Shown: positions 18,311-30,052, counted from the whole stretch's first letter. The stretch is 62,490 nt of DNA, filler included, from 4 parts of 4 records of this genome joined end to end with filler, not necessarily neighbours in it, one strand, 5' to 3'. Program-made: numbers and translations. Notes: generated by a model from the sequence alone, not told the origin.

Positions 18311-19843
18311 ATGCATAACAACGTACTCATCCTAGACTTTGGTTCCCAGTATACACAATTGATCGCAAGACGCGTAAGGGAACTCAACATTTATTCAGAA
18401 ATTAAGCCGTACAATAAATTGCCCGAGGATTTATCGGAGTATAAGGCCGTTATCCTTTCGGGGTCGCCATCTTCGGTACGTTCCGAACAGGCGCCGCACC
18501 CTGATCTTTCAAAAATAAAGGGGAAGATGCCTTTATTGGGCATTTGCTACGGTGCGCAATACCTGTCCCACTTCCATGGCGGAAACGTGGCACCTTCGGC
18601 AACCCGGGAATATGGCCGAGCTAACCTCTCTTATGTAAAGGAAGGAGAGGATTTTTTAAATGGCATAGGTGAAGGAAGCCAAGTATGGATGAGCCACAGC
18701 GATACCATAAAAGAACTGCCCGAGGGAGCGGTTCGTTTGGCCAGTACCCACGATGTGGAGAATGCCGCCTATAAAATAGCTGGGGAAACTACTTATGGAA
18801 TTCAGTTCCACCCAGAAGTATACCACACCACCGACGGAAAAAAACTGTTGGAAAACTTTTTGGTGAATATTGCTGGATTACAACAAGATTGGACCCCTGA
18901 TGCTTTTGTGGAAACAACCGTTGAGGAGCTTAAGAAAGAAATCGGAGATGAAAAAGTAATACTCGGTCTCTCAGGTGGGGTGGATTCAAGTGTCGCGGCC
19001 ATGTTGCTGCACAAGGCCATAGGCGATCACCTATACTGCATCTTTGTGAATAACGGGCTTTTGCGGAAGAACGAGTTTGAAGATGTTTTGGATCAATATA
19101 AACACATGGGACTTAATGTAAAGGGTGTCGATGCTTCGGCACGCTTTTTGGATGCCTTGAAAGGTGAATCGGACCCAGAAGGAAAAAGAAAGATCATCGG
19201 AAGGGTCTTTATCGAGGTTTTCGATGATGAGTCACACAAAGTTGAAAATGCAAAATGGTTGGCACAAGGAACCATCTATCCAGATCGGATTGAATCGGTT
19301 TCGGCGAGTGGAGGCCCATCAGCAGTTATAAAAAGTCACCACAACGTTGGAGGATTACCCGACTACATGAAGTTGAAAATAGTGGAGCCCTTGAAAATGT
19401 TGTTCAAAGATGAGGTAAGGCGAGTTGGAGCAAGTATGGACATGTCCCCTGAAATTTTGGGAAGGCACCCCTTTCCAGGACCTGGTTTGGGAATCCGTAT
19501 CTTGGGAGATATTACAGCAGAAAAAGTGGCTATTTTACAAGAAGTGGATGCCATTTTTATTGATGGTTTGAAAAAATGGGGACTTTATGACAAGGTTTGG
19601 CAGGCCGGAGCCATGCTTTTGCCCGTAGATAGTGTGGGAGTTATGGGAGATGAGCGTACGTACGAAAAGTGTGTCGCGCTCAGAGCGGTGGAAAGTACGG
19701 ATGGTATGACCGCCGATTGGGTGAATTTGCCCTACGAGTTCCTACAAAAAACCTCTAATGATATAATAAACAAGGTTAAAGGCGTTAATAGAGTGGTGTA
19801 CGACATTAGTTCAAAACCACCGGCAACTATAGAATGGGAATGA
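18311..19843 (+). CDS. guaA: GMP synthase (glutamine-hydrolysing)
   Basis: Motifs [45 protein letters not shown] 18311 preferred over TTG 18296. Confidence 0.97.
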   Translation: MHNNVLILDFGSQYTQLIARRVRELNIYSEIKPYNKLPEDLSEYKAVILSGSPSSVRSEQAPHPDLSKIKGKMPLLGICYGAQYLSHFHGGNVAPSATREYGRANLSYVKEGEDFLNGIGEGSQVWMSHSDTIKELPEGAVRLASTHDVENAAYKIAGETTYGIQFHPEVYHTTDGKKLLENFLVNIAGLQQDWTPDAFVETTVEELKKEIGDEKVILGLSGGVDSSVAAMLLHKAIGDHLYCIFVNNGLLRKNEFEDVLDQYKHMGLNVKGVDASARFLDALKGESDPEGKRKIIGRVFIEVFDDESHKVENAKWLAQGTIYPDRIESVSASGGPSAVIKSHHNVGGLPDYMKLKIVEPLKMLFKDEVRRVGASMDMSPEILGRHPFPGPGLGIRILGDITAEKVAILQEVDAIFIDGLKKWGLYDKVWQAGAMLLPVDSVGVMGDERTYEKCVALRAVESTDGMTADWVNLPYEFLQKTSNDIINKVKGVNRVVYDISSKPPATIEWE

Positions 19844-22029
19844 AAAAATATATGTTACAACTGGTTTTTACCATGGTGCTTTTTTTTGCCATGGTACCGG
19901 TTTCTGCGCAAAACTATGCAACACACGCTGTAAAGGAAGGGGAAACACTTAAGAGCATTTCCCAAAAATACAGGGTTACGCCCTACAGCATATTACAGGC
20001 AAATAAAGAGATCAAGAGTGCTTCCGATGTCAAGGAGAATACCATCCTTATAATTCCTTTGACAGGTAAGGTTACGGAAACCAAACCTGAGCAGAAACCC
20101 GTGAACAAAGTGGAAGAGCAGGAGGAAGAGGTAAAGCCAATCCGTTTTATACGCCACAGGGTAAAGCGAAAGGAGACCATATTCGGCATCACAAAAAAAT
20201 ACAATATCACCCAAGATCAGTTAAAAAGGTACAATACCAACTTGTATTCGGAGACACTTGATCGTAAAATGATTCTTCAGATTCCAGTATTCCCCGAGGT
20301 TGACCCCGATGAAGAAAAGGAACTGGATTTTGAAATCTATACCGTGCAGCCGAAGGAAACACGTTGGAGCGTAGCGCACAAATATGGTATTAGCGTGGAT
20401 AGCCTTTTAATTTTGAACCCCGCACTGGACAAGACCACCAATTATTTGGCTGCAGGTCAAGAATTGAAACTGCCCAGACCAAAGGGAGACAGCTTAAAAG
20501 GACAAAAAACAGACCTGTTCACTTCGTATACGGTGCCGCCTAAAATGACACTTTACAGCTTGGGAAGAGAATATGGTATTCCAACAGATTCCATAGTGAG
20601 GCTCAATCCTGAGATTATGAAACAGGGCGGTCTCAAAGAAGGCATGGTGGTAAGGCTTCCCAAAAAAAGGGATGCCAAAGGAGAAGTAAATACGGAGAAC
20701 TTTATTTTTTATGAAGTTAAACCCAAACAAAATATTTTTAGGATTACCCAAAACCTTAAAATCACGAGAGAAGAGCTATTCCGTTTGAACCCAGCGCTTG
20801 AAAATGGATTGAAGGCGGGAATGGTGCTAAAATTGCCCAAAGAAAAAGCCAAAGAGCTCGAAGTGAAGAATGCCTTGGTCCTGGATAAAATCAATTTGGT
20901 GGACAGTATCAATGTGGAGAATAGGCCCAAGTTGGTCTTTATGCTTCCCTTTAGATTGGACAAGGTAAACGTGGCGGATACCGAAAAAGCCGAGGAATTG
21001 ATTAAAAACCGTAGAGATCTGGCACTAAGTCTTGGATTTTATACCGGTGCAATGGTCGCTTTGGATTCCATTAAAAAACTAGGGGTTTCAGTAGATGTGA
21101 AAACCTATGATACGCAATTGGATCAAGCCAAGGTCAAAGAAATTCTTTTCAGGGAAAATCTAAATGGGGTTGATGCTATTATTGGACCATTGGCCGCCGG
21201 ACCGTTGGACGAAGTTGCCGTACAGGCCGCTGCAAAAAAAATTCCGGTGATTGCGCCAATTTCATCGGATAGTAAGTTGAGCCATAACAATGTGTTCTTC
21301 TCTGTGCCAAGAGATGCCGTGCTCAGGGATAAGCTACTGTCTTACATGAAAAAAATCCATAAGAACGAGAACGTGATCATTATTGCCGATTCTACCCATC
21401 AGGTGGCGCACGATTCTATTTTGAGCAAGTTTCCGGCAGCGCAAATTGCCAAGATCATTGACAACAAATCATTGCATTTGGACCGTTTTCTAATTCAACT
21501 TTCCAATGAGAAGGAAAACTGGGTTTTCCTGGAAACCGACCAGCCCAATATGGTGGCTAGTGTCACCTCCATATTGAACTCGGCCAATACTCGAATAGGA
21601 GAAACCGGAGAAGGAAAGCAAACAAAGGTGCGTATGTTTACTACCAGCTATAATGGGGCATTCGATGACGATGCCGTATCAAGAACGCATTTGTCAAACC
21701 TTAGGTTTACATATCCTTCATTTTACAAGGAAAATGGAAACGATGCTTTTGTAAGTGCATATACAAAGAAGTATGATGGACTTATACCGGACAGGTATGC
21801 GGTAAGAGGGTTTGACGTAACAATGGATGTTCTCCTTAAGCTTGCCTACAAGAAGAATCTTTTTGAAACTTCCAAATATATCGGACTTACCGAATATGCA
21901 GGTAATGGTTTTGATTACTTGAATGATTGGACGTCTGGGTATTTTAACAGGGCATGCTATATAATGGAGTACGATAACTTAACCATAAAGGAAGTAGAGC
22001 AAAAGAATGACATCAAAAGTAACCTATAA
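19840..22029 (+). CDS. Secreted protein with five LysM domains and a C-terminal periplasmic-binding-protein-like domain
   Basis: Five LysM starts ([40 protein letters not shown]); DAIIGP motif; ATGA overlap with the guaA stop. Confidence 0.88.
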   Translation: MKKYMLQLVFTMVLFFAMVPVSAQNYATHAVKEGETLKSISQKYRVTPYSILQANKEIKSASDVKENTILIIPLTGKVTETKPEQKPVNKVEEQEEEVKPIRFIRHRVKRKETIFGITKKYNITQDQLKRYNTNLYSETLDRKMILQIPVFPEVDPDEEKELDFEIYTVQPKETRWSVAHKYGISVDSLLILNPALDKTTNYLAAGQELKLPRPKGDSLKGQKTDLFTSYTVPPKMTLYSLGREYGIPTDSIVRLNPEIMKQGGLKEGMVVRLPKKRDAKGEVNTENFIFYEVKPKQNIFRITQNLKITREELFRLNPALENGLKAGMVLKLPKEKAKELEVKNALVLDKINLVDSINVENRPKLVFMLPFRLDKVNVADTEKAEELIKNRRDLALSLGFYTGAMVALDSIKKLGVSVDVKTYDTQLDQAKVKEILFRENLNGVDAIIGPLAAGPLDEVAVQAAAKKIPVIAPISSDSKLSHNNVFFSVPRDAVLRDKLLSYMKKIHKNENVIIIADSTHQVAHDSILSKFPAAQIAKIIDNKSLHLDRFLIQLSNEKENWVFLETDQPNMVASVTSILNSANTRIGETGEGKQTKVRMFTTSYNGAFDDDAVSRTHLSNLRFTYPSFYKENGNDAFVSAYTKKYDGLIPDRYAVRGFDVTMDVLLKLAYKKNLFETSKYIGLTEYAGNGFDYLNDWTSGYFNRACYIMEYDNLTIKEVEQKNDIKSNL

Positions 22030-22411
22030 CGGAAACCTTCGTACCACATGCGTACATCTACGTTCGGGTAACGAATATATTACAGATGCCCCTGTTGATA
22101 ACAACGGTAAGGGAGAAGCGTTTTCTCCCACCGATACCGTGGCCACTGGACTAGCTAATTGCATGATGACCATGATGGGAATCAGGGCCCGTGATATGGA
22201 GGTAGACTTGACCGGCTCAACAGCGGAGGTGACCAAGCACATGGCGGCCGACCCTAGACGGATTTCCAAAATTGAGGTTACATTTGAAATGCCTGCGGCC
22301 TTGTCCGAAAAACAAAGAAAAATATTGGTACATACCGCCAACACATGCCCGGTGCATTATAGCCTGCATCCCGATATTGAAAAGGTAATCGAATTCAATT
22401 GGACAAAATAA
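22007..22411 (+). CDS. OsmC family protein
   Basis: TDAP..NNGKGEAFSPTD; two conserved Cys (LANC, TCPV). Confidence 0.9.
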   Translation: MTSKVTYNGNLRTTCVHLRSGNEYITDAPVDNNGKGEAFSPTDTVATGLANCMMTMMGIRARDMEVDLTGSTAEVTKHMAADPRRISKIEVTFEMPAALSEKQRKILVHTANTCPVHYSLHPDIEKVIEFNWTK

Positions 22412-22932
22412 TCACAATAGGATGTATTTTTCTACTTGGTTTTTTTGGAATCGCACAAGAAATCGAGCAGGGAGTTCCATGGAGTGAGGATGTTAGACTA
22501 ACTTGGGCCGATTTTAAGGGAAAAGTGCCTCCGGGCGAACCAACGGCAGCAACCACCGCAAGCGGTATCAGCTATTCCTATTCAGCAAATTTATTGCATC
22601 ACGAGGTTCATTTGGATTTTGAGGTGAATGCCTATTTCTATCCGAACGAATCGTGGTATAGGCCAAAGCTATGTAATGAAAACACCTTGGCCCACGAGCA
22701 ACTTCATTTTGATATAACCGAAATTTTTGCCCGTAAAATGCGCGACAAGCTCCAAAGGACTTCTTTTTCCGATGATGTAAAAGCAGAGGTGAGGAAGATA
22801 TACAATGATATTCTCAAAGAGCTTCAAGAATACCAAGAACGATATGATTGGGAAACCAACTTTTCCCGAAACCGTGAAAAGCAGGCAGAGTGGAACCAAA
22901 AGATTGCTGAGACCTTAAAAGAATCGGAATAA
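22399..22932 (+). CDS. DUF922-like putative Zn-dependent protease
   Basis: Signal peptide; LTWADFKG; HEQLHFD (HExxH). Confidence 0.8.
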   Translation: MDKIITIGCIFLLGFFGIAQEIEQGVPWSEDVRLTWADFKGKVPPGEPTAATTASGISYSYSANLLHHEVHLDFEVNAYFYPNESWYRPKLCNENTLAHEQLHFDITEIFARKMRDKLQRTSFSDDVKAEVRKIYNDILKELQEYQERYDWETNFSRNREKQAEWNQKIAETLKESE

Positions 22933-23038
22933 TTTCTACACCCATAGCTTGGATTTTTATCTTGTACGATAAATAGGGCTAGCTATCTGCAATCAAATGA
23001 TGAACTTTGATTCTTGTGAATCTTAAATCATCAAAGGT

Positions 23039-23236
23039 TTGATTTCTTTAGAACAGAAGATTGAGTTGTTACAATTAATTTTTGATACTTATGGTACTCC
23101 CGAGGCTTTAGCGGAGCACTTGGATCTAGCCGTGGAAATGTTGTTCTATGTGGAAGAAGACACTTTTTCCAGAGACGAGCTACAGGAAGTGGCCACGGCA
23201 ATCAGGGGAGTGGTCAGGGTTTTGAGAGCAGGGTAA
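23039..23236 (+). CDS. Small acidic helical hypothetical protein (65 aa)
   Basis: Fills an intergenic gap; protein-like amphipathic composition; TTG start. Confidence 0.6.
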   Translation: MISLEQKIELLQLIFDTYGTPEALAEHLDLAVEMLFYVEEDTFSRDELQEVATAIRGVVRVLRAG

Positions 23237-23292
23237 TTTTACACCACAACAAACCTTGAACAGCTATCTTTTAACCCTATCTCTGCCGCAAT

Positions 23293-24630
23293 CTACACGG
23301 CCAAATCTTCACTTTTCAATTTTAAATCTTGCTTTTTCATTCGCATCAATAAAGCAAAACCAAAAGTAAGTACCCCAACACGCCCCAAAAACATCAATAG
23401 GATGATAAGCGATTTTCCAACCTCTGAAAGGTCGGCGGTTATTCCTGTGCTTAAACCTACGGTTCCAAGCGCAGAGGCCACCTCAAAAAGGATTTTGTCA
23501 AAACTTGATTGTTCGGTAAAGGAAAGCAAAAAGCTGAAAAGAAAAATCATCGATGTATAGAGGATAAAGGTGGACGTCGCCACAAAAAGCCGTTCCAAAG
23601 GAATGGTCCTTTTCAAAAAAGTTATTTTTTTCTGACCGAGCAACCGGCTTTTTAAAATGGCTACCATAGCGGTCAATGTGGTTATTTTCATCCCACCAGC
23701 AGTACCCGATGGCGATGCTCCGATGTACATCAAAAAAATGGTCAAAAGAAGGAGGGGCAATGAGAGCGAACCAATCGGCACTGTGTTGAACCCAACGGTG
23801 GTCATGGAGGTCATCGACTGGAAAAAGGCTTCCATCAACCGGTGTTCGGATGCTTTTACAAGGGGTTCCGTGAAATAAAATAACAACGTGCCAATCCCAA
23901 GTAGAATTATGAATCCATATATTATGATTTTAGAGGTAAAGGTAATCGCCTTTGACTTTCCCATGATCCTGTACCAAACATCGGTAATCACAATAAAACC
24001 AAGGGATCCTGCAATCGCTAAGATAGAAATGGTCCAATTGATGAGGGTATTTTCAGAAAAGCTCTCAAAACTGTCATTGAATAGACTAAAACCGGCGGTA
24101 CAAAAGGAAGAAACGCTATGGAATAGGGAAAACCATATACCTTTTAGGCCCGTAATTCCCTCCTGATGAAAAGCTATGTAAAAGGAAATGGTGCCCAAAA
24201 ACTCCATGACCAATGTAAAATAAACAACACTTTTTATAAAATCCTTGATTTGAATGGTGGCTGGCATGGTGAATTCCGCACCAATAATTTTTTGGTGCCA
24301 TCTTGTAATGCGTTTGGTCGTGAAGAGCAGGTAATACGTGGTCAGGGTCATATAACCAATCCCGCCCAACTGAATAAGTATCATAATGATGAACTGCCCA
24401 AAAAAATTGTAAGAGTCAAATATGCTTATCGTTACAAGTCCGGTGGTTGAGATGGCCGAAGTTGAAATAAATAGGTTGTCTAAAAAGGCGACATCGGTTT
24501 TATGAAAAAGTGGAATCGATAGCAATAGAAACCCCATCAGGGTGTACAAAAAAAAGCCCCAGACTAAATTTAGTTGGGGAGATTTACTTATCTGGAACCT
24601 TTTGTATCTGGATTTGAGGATGTGGAACAT
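23293..24630 (-). CDS. TrkH/KtrB family potassium uptake membrane subunit
   Basis: Four pore-loop motifs STTGL, FCTAGF, TTVGFN, LGTVGLS; GASPSGTAGGMK. Confidence 0.92.
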   Translation of the reverse strand: MFHILKSRYKRFQISKSPQLNLVWGFFLYTLMGFLLLSIPLFHKTDVAFLDNLFISTSAISTTGLVTISIFDSYNFFGQFIIMILIQLGGIGYMTLTTYYLLFTTKRITRWHQKIIGAEFTMPATIQIKDFIKSVVYFTLVMEFLGTISFYIAFHQEGITGLKGIWFSLFHSVSSFCTAGFSLFNDSFESFSENTLINWTISILAIAGSLGFIVITDVWYRIMGKSKAITFTSKIIIYGFIILLGIGTLLFYFTEPLVKASEHRLMEAFFQSMTSMTTVGFNTVPIGSLSLPLLLLTIFLMYIGASPSGTAGGMKITTLTAMVAILKSRLLGQKKITFLKRTIPLERLFVATSTFILYTSMIFLFSFLLSFTEQSSFDKILFEVASALGTVGLSTGITADLSEVGKSLIILLMFLGRVGVLTFGFALLMRMKKQDLKLKSEDLAV

Positions 24631-24790
24631 TCGTTTTTTGGATTACAAAGTATAAGCAAAAGTATTAACGAATTTTGGATACAGATTAAGTTTTTTAAAA
24701 AAATAATGGTTGAAAATAGCACATCCATTTTGAATCTAAAGGCGGTATCACACTTTGAGCAAACCTTTGTTTTTGTGGAACGATACACTT

Positions 24791-26014
24791 TTAAGCTTGT
24801 GCTGCAATTTTCTTTAAAATATGGTCGAATAGTCCTGTATGTTCTTTTTCACTATCCAAGGTCTTTAGTTGGGTAATGATGAAAGCGAGCTCATCCTGGA
24901 TGTATTTGTCGTTTTTGCCATAGTTCCAGATGGGGAGGATACATTTCTCGAACAGCTCTTTGAACGTTGATGTGGGTCTATAGATTCTTGGGGTTTCCTC
25001 ATCATCAAAAATGGTTTCTGGGAGCCTATGTTTCATTTTAAAATAGAAAAGGTCCGAAAGCGCATGTAGGGCAATCACTGCGGTTCCAGGGTCATTAATG
25101 CCAGGGCTCAATGCTTTTATGGCCACTTCGGTCAGTTGTGTAAAACCATAATCGGAATTCCTTTCAACAGGTTGGCCGTCATAAAAATCAACTGTGGAGA
25201 GGATGATTTTGATATTATCATCATCAAGGCTTTCCTTTCCATAAACTTCCATGAAAACTGTATTTTTTAAAACGTAGGTGGTAGGTTTGAAAAGAAAATT
25301 GGCATGTAAGTTCTGATCCGTCATCAATTGCAATAATTTTTTTTCGTCAAAACTTTGGAAATAGTTTGATGCTGGGGACTTTAATTCAATCTTTGGCAAC
25401 GTTTCCCAATTCGGCTTTTGCGTTTGGCCCTTTTCGAATTTGGATTCCATGGACTTGATCACCTTGTTCTGCAACCGACCAATAACAGTCTCGTAACGGA
25501 CGGTTTTGGTAACATAGTCCAAAAAATATATGAACAGGAAAATATCGATGACCGTCAACAAAATGAGTATGTAAACACTCAGCGAAGGCACGGTAATACC
25601 ACTACTGTTATCGCGAATGGTACTTAGGAGCAGTAATGCGTATACTATGGTGCCAATATAAAAGCCGAGAATCAACTGCTGAAAGCGGTTCTCGATCATT
25701 CCATGCAGCACTCGATTGCTCATTTGTGAAGCCGCCTGGTTCAATACGATCATCACCATGGAAAAACTGAAGACGGTCAAGGAAATTATGGCGGCCGCCA
25801 CTGTGGAAACCAATGACCTGGCCGTGCTGGCATCCTTAATTTGTAGCCAACTAAAATCTGTTTTTAAATTTTGGGCCCATTCAGAAAAATCAACAGCCAA
25901 CAAAATCCATATCAGCAAAAGAAAAGCAAGGGCGCTAATTCCAGGAATAAAGGCAATACTTCCTGTAACCTTGTTATAATAAATACGAATCCACTTGCTT
26001 ATGGGTGTTATCAT
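24791..26014 (-). CDS. DUF2254 family membrane protein
   Basis: Motifs ARSLVSTVA, FSFSMVMIVL, AIKALSPGINDPGTA. Confidence 0.88.
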   Translation of the reverse strand: MITPISKWIRIYYNKVTGSIAFIPGISALAFLLLIWILLAVDFSEWAQNLKTDFSWLQIKDASTARSLVSTVAAAIISLTVFSFSMVMIVLNQAASQMSNRVLHGMIENRFQQLILGFYIGTIVYALLLLSTIRDNSSGITVPSLSVYILILLTVIDIFLFIYFLDYVTKTVRYETVIGRLQNKVIKSMESKFEKGQTQKPNWETLPKIELKSPASNYFQSFDEKKLLQLMTDQNLHANFLFKPTTYVLKNTVFMEVYGKESLDDDNIKIILSTVDFYDGQPVERNSDYGFTQLTEVAIKALSPGINDPGTAVIALHALSDLFYFKMKHRLPETIFDDEETPRIYRPTSTFKELFEKCILPIWNYGKNDKYIQDELAFIITQLKTLDSEKEHTGLFDHILKKIAAQA

Positions 26015-26112
26015 TTCCGGAAAAAATAAGAGTGTTGAAGGAAGGGCCCCTTTACTGTTATTTTATGGCCATTTCAACCAGGTTTTTAGTATTCAATACT
26101 AATCCTGAAAAT

Positions 26113-26976
26113 TTATATATCACATCTTGTAAAAGCATCTTTTAACGCCCCGATTTTATCTTCCCAGGTAACGATAAACTCTTGCGCAACATACCCGGTA
26201 AAACCGGTTGCATGTATCGCTTTTATGATGGCAGGATAATAGAGCTCCTGTGTCTCATCGATTTCATGTCTTCCTGGAACACCTGCTGTGTGGTAGTGTC
26301 CAAAATAAGGGTGGTAGTTTTGAATACTTCTGATAATATCCCCCTCTTGAATCTGCATGTGGTAGATATCGAATAATAGTTTAAAGTTGTCGCTACCCAA
26401 GTGCTTGCAAAGTTCCACGCCCCAAAGCGAGTTGTCACACATATAATCGGGATGGTTCACTTGGTTAAAAAGCTCCATCTGGATAACTACTCCGTGTTTC
26501 TCTGCCAAGGGCATGATTTGCGAAAGTCCGTCCACACAGTTTTGCAGTCCCACATAGTCGTTCATGCCATTTCGGTTACCGCTAAAACAGATAAGGTTCG
26601 TGTAGCCCGCTTCGGCAACCTTCGGGATTATTTCCGTATAGTTTTTTATAAGCTGCTCGTGGTATTTTGGGTTGTTCCAGCCCTCGGTCAAACTAATTTC
26701 TGCCCCATTGCACATGGAACAGTGTATATCGTATTTCTTCAAGATCGGCCATCTGTCCGGACCGACCAAATCAATGGCCTTTACCCCGAGCTCGTTAAGG
26801 GTCTTTAAAAAATCTTCCAAAGGAATATCGTTAAAACACCATTCGCATACACTATGGTTAATATTGTTCTTAAGTTTGAATTCTTTGCTTTGGCCTTGGC
26901 CGTAAGCCATGGCAGAGGTTGAGGCCAGACCTGCAGACCCGACGGCGGCCGTGGCTATAAAATTTCTACGTTTCAT
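26113..26976 (-). CDS. Hydroxypyruvate isomerase family TIM-barrel protein with a Tat signal
   Basis: MKRRNFI; ICFSGNR, FDIYHMQIQEGD, HYHTAGVPGRHE. Confidence 0.9.
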   Translation of the reverse strand: MKRRNFIATAAVGSAGLASTSAMAYGQGQSKEFKLKNNINHSVCEWCFNDIPLEDFLKTLNELGVKAIDLVGPDRWPILKKYDIHCSMCNGAEISLTEGWNNPKYHEQLIKNYTEIIPKVAEAGYTNLICFSGNRNGMNDYVGLQNCVDGLSQIMPLAEKHGVVIQMELFNQVNHPDYMCDNSLWGVELCKHLGSDNFKLLFDIYHMQIQEGDIIRSIQNYHPYFGHYHTAGVPGRHEIDETQELYYPAIIKAIHATGFTGYVAQEFIVTWEDKIGALKDAFTRCDI

Positions 26977-27019
26977 TGTGTGAATTTGTTCTCGGAAAGA
27001 TAGTATTTTAGACCTAGAT

Positions 27020-27262
27020 ATGGAAATACGCCCCGATTCAAAACAATTGTTGGAACTGGCACATTATAAGATGCCGTTCGGTAAATTCAAGGGCAGATAC
27101 CTTGTGGATCTGCCATTGCCCTATCTGGTCTGGTTTCGCCAAAAAGGGTTTCCCGAAGGCAAATTGGGCGGTTACTTAAATACCATGTTGACAATCAAGG
27201 ACAACAACCTTGAACCCGTCATTAGAAAGTTACAAAAAGATTTTCCTCGCGAATCTACCTGA
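27020..27262 (+). CDS. DUF3820 family protein
   Basis: [21 protein letters not shown]...GFPEGKLG; lies upstream of pyrG. Confidence 0.88.
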   Translation: MEIRPDSKQLLELAHYKMPFGKFKGRYLVDLPLPYLVWFRQKGFPEGKLGGYLNTMLTIKDNNLEPVIRKLQKDFPREST

Positions 27263-27311
27263 TTTTTGCCCAGCAATTAGTAATTTTACGCCCCGTAATA
27301 GAATGATCAAT

Positions 27312-27463
27312 ATGTCAGATACCAAGTACATTTTCGTTACGGGAGGCGTTACCTCTTCATTGGGTAAAGGAATTATCGCCGCATCCTTGGCTAAACTACT
27401 GCAGGCCAGGGGGTACCGAACCACCATCCAAAAGCTGGATCCATACATTAATGTTGACCCGTG
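27312..27463 (+). CDS. pyrG: CTP synthase, N-terminal fragment truncated at the contig end
   Basis: [18 protein letters not shown]...[10 protein letters not shown]. Confidence 0.95.
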
Positions 27464-27563
27464 NNNNNNNNNNNNNNNNNNNNNNNNNNNNNNNNNNNNN
27501 NNNNNNNTTAATTAATTAANNNNNNNNNNNNNNNNNNNNNNNNNNNNNNNNNNNNNNNNNNNN
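27464..27563. other. Artificial contig-joining spacer
   Basis: 44 N + TTAATTAATTAA (stops in all six frames) + 44 N. Confidence 0.99.
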
Positions 27564-27887
<324 letters not shown>

Positions 27888-27891
27888 ATTG

Positions 27892-28395
27892 ATGAAAAAT
27901 CTATTCTCTATTATTTTTATCCTGACAATAACTACGTTATCTGCTCAAGATTTTTCGGTTGCTACCTTTAGCGAAAAATGGGAAAACTCTAAAAGTTATT
28001 TACTACAAATAGCACAATCAATGCCCCAAGAAAAGTACGACTACAAGCCTACCGAGCGCGAAATGAGTTTTAAAGAACAACTCCTACATATTCAACAAAA
28101 CATGAATTGGCTCGGTAAAACTTATTTTGAGGCTGATATTAAGGATGAAAAAGTAGAAAACAGTAACAAAGAAGCCCTATTAAAATCAATTTCCACTTCT
28201 TTTGATGCAGTTAAAAATGCAGTTATTAAAACTCCAGACTCAACACTAGTAGATAAAGTAGATTTCTTTGCAGGCAAAAAAACCAAATTGCAAATCCTCA
28301 ATTTATTACAAGACCATGTAACACATCACCGCGGACAATTAATAGTTTATTTAAATCTAAACAATATCAAACCTCCTAAATATGTAGGATGGTAA
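27892..28395 (+). CDS. DinB family protein with a signal peptide
   Basis: MP.EKYDYKPT, SFKEQLLHI, DHVTHHRGQL. Confidence 0.88.
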   Translation: MKNLFSIIFILTITTLSAQDFSVATFSEKWENSKSYLLQIAQSMPQEKYDYKPTEREMSFKEQLLHIQQNMNWLGKTYFEADIKDEKVENSNKEALLKSISTSFDAVKNAVIKTPDSTLVDKVDFFAGKKTKLQILNLLQDHVTHHRGQLIVYLNLNNIKPPKYVGW

Positions 28396-28491
28396 TTTTA
28401 AGAGTATTCTTACATTTAGACAATCATTAGGGATAAACCCTTCTTTTGCTTCTTAGTATTTATATACGTATTTTAGCTACAAATCAATTAT

Positions 28492-29598
28492 ATGGGATTA
28501 TTAATTTTATTTGCCCTCGTTTCAATTTTCTTCTCGTTTTTATGTTCTGTACTCGAGGCTGTTTTTTTGAGCGTTACACCAACATTTATAAACGTAAAGA
28601 AACAAGAAGGAAAGACATATGCCTTTACCCTTGAAAAGTTAAAGCAAAATGTAGATGCTCCGCTTATTGCTATTTTAACTATCAATACCGTTGCACATAC
28701 GGTTGGCGCAATTTTAGTGGGGGTTCAAGCTGAAAAATTACCATATAAAATTGATATTTTAGGTTTTAATATTGTCGGAATTGTATCGGCTATTATGACC
28801 GTTTTAATTCTTGTTGTTTCAGAAATTATCCCTAAAACTATTGGAGCAACCTATTGGAGACGATTAGGAAATTTTACTGCTAAGACATTGACTATAATGA
28901 TTTTTCCCTTAAAATGGACAGGAATTATCTGGCTCTTAAAATTAACAACAAAACTTATCGGTGGGAAAAGTGCACATGGGTCTGTTTTCAGTAGAGAAGA
29001 TTTTACAGCTATGGCAGATATCGCTCAAGAAGAAGGGGTTTTCCAAGAATCTGAGTCGACCATGATTAAAAACCTAATGCGTTTCGATCAGATTTGGGCA
29101 AAAGATATTATGACTCCACGTACCGTTATGAAAACAGCTTCGGAAGATTTAACAATCCAAGAATTCTTTAATAGAAATCCGAAACTTCGATTCTCAAGAA
29201 TTCCTATTTATAAAAATAATGTTGATAATATTACTGGTTTTGTTTTAAAAGATCAAGTACTGGAAGCTATGATTAATGGAGAAGGTGATGAAAAATTAAG
29301 TGCCCTCCGCCGAGATATTTTAATTTCTAAACGAAGTATTCCGCTACCAGAACTTTTTGAAAAATTTATAGGAAATCAAGATCATATTGCTTTGGTTGTT
29401 GACGAATACGGTTCTATAAGCGGACTCGTAACAATGGAAGATATTATAGAAACCATGCTAGGACTCGAAATTGTTGATGAAAGTGATAATGTAGAAGATT
29501 TACAATTATTAGCACGTAGAAATTGGCAAATTAGAGCAGAAAGAATGGGTATTTTTGAAAAGCCAATTGAAGAGAATGATGGAACAAGCAGTAATTAA
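28492..29598 (+). CDS. CNNM/CorB-like membrane protein (DUF21 plus CBS pair)
   Basis: SFLCSVLEA, SEIIPKT, DIMTPR, FSRIP, VVDEYG, TMEDIIE. Confidence 0.92.
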   Translation: MGLLILFALVSIFFSFLCSVLEAVFLSVTPTFINVKKQEGKTYAFTLEKLKQNVDAPLIAILTINTVAHTVGAILVGVQAEKLPYKIDILGFNIVGIVSAIMTVLILVVSEIIPKTIGATYWRRLGNFTAKTLTIMIFPLKWTGIIWLLKLTTKLIGGKSAHGSVFSREDFTAMADIAQEEGVFQESESTMIKNLMRFDQIWAKDIMTPRTVMKTASEDLTIQEFFNRNPKLRFSRIPIYKNNVDNITGFVLKDQVLEAMINGEGDEKLSALRRDILISKRSIPLPELFEKFIGNQDHIALVVDEYGSISGLVTMEDIIETMLGLEIVDESDNVEDLQLLARRNWQIRAERMGIFEKPIEENDGTSSN

Positions 29599-30052
29599 AA
29601 CTCCCCTTGGAAGTACAAAAATTGTTGGAGATAAAAATGGAATTACTTCTATTACTGTTTTAGATGAAGAAACTACTATTTCTACAAACATTCCTGATGA
29701 TTTAAAAGAAGCAACCCAACAATTGCAGGCATATTTTACAGGAAATCTAGTACAGTTTAATTTCAAAATAAACCCGCAAGGAACAGATTTCCAAAAACGT
29801 GTTTGGAAAGAATTACTAAATATTCCCTTCGGAAAAACAACTTCTTACTTAGAACTATCAAAAACATTAGGCGATGTAAAAGCTATTAGAGCTGTTGCCT
29901 CTGCCAATGGTAAAAATCCACTTTGGATTGTTGTTCCCTGCCACCGTGTTATTGGCACCGATGGCTCTCTTACAGGCTATGCAGGTGGCTTATGGCGCAA
30001 AAAATGGCTTTTAGAACACGAAAGTCCATCTCCTCAACAAAAGCTTTTTTAA
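29579..30052 (+). CDS. ogt: Methylated-DNA--protein-cysteine methyltransferase
   Basis: GTDFQKRVW, IPFGKT.SY, active-site VPCHRV; ATG 29579 or 29576 more likely than 29555. Confidence 0.93.
   Translation: MEQAVIKTPLGSTKIVGDKNGITSITVLDEETTISTNIPDDLKEATQQLQAYFTGNLVQFNFKINPQGTDFQKRVWKELLNIPFGKTTSYLELSKTLGDVKAIRAVASANGKNPLWIVVPCHRVIGTDGSLTGYAGGLWRKKWLLEHESPSPQQKLF

Noticed and set aside
24574-24876. Short ORFs spanning the trkH-DUF2254 gap, one with a CSKC motif
   Set aside because: They overlap real genes and show no family signal; likely chance.
27210-27515. 101-aa ORF running into Ns
   Set aside because: It is the pyrG start (ATG 27312) with a spurious upstream TTG extension and linker read-through.
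27508-27519. TTAATTAATTAA palindrome repeated three times in the window
   Set aside because: Artificial six-frame-stop linker inside N spacers, not biological.
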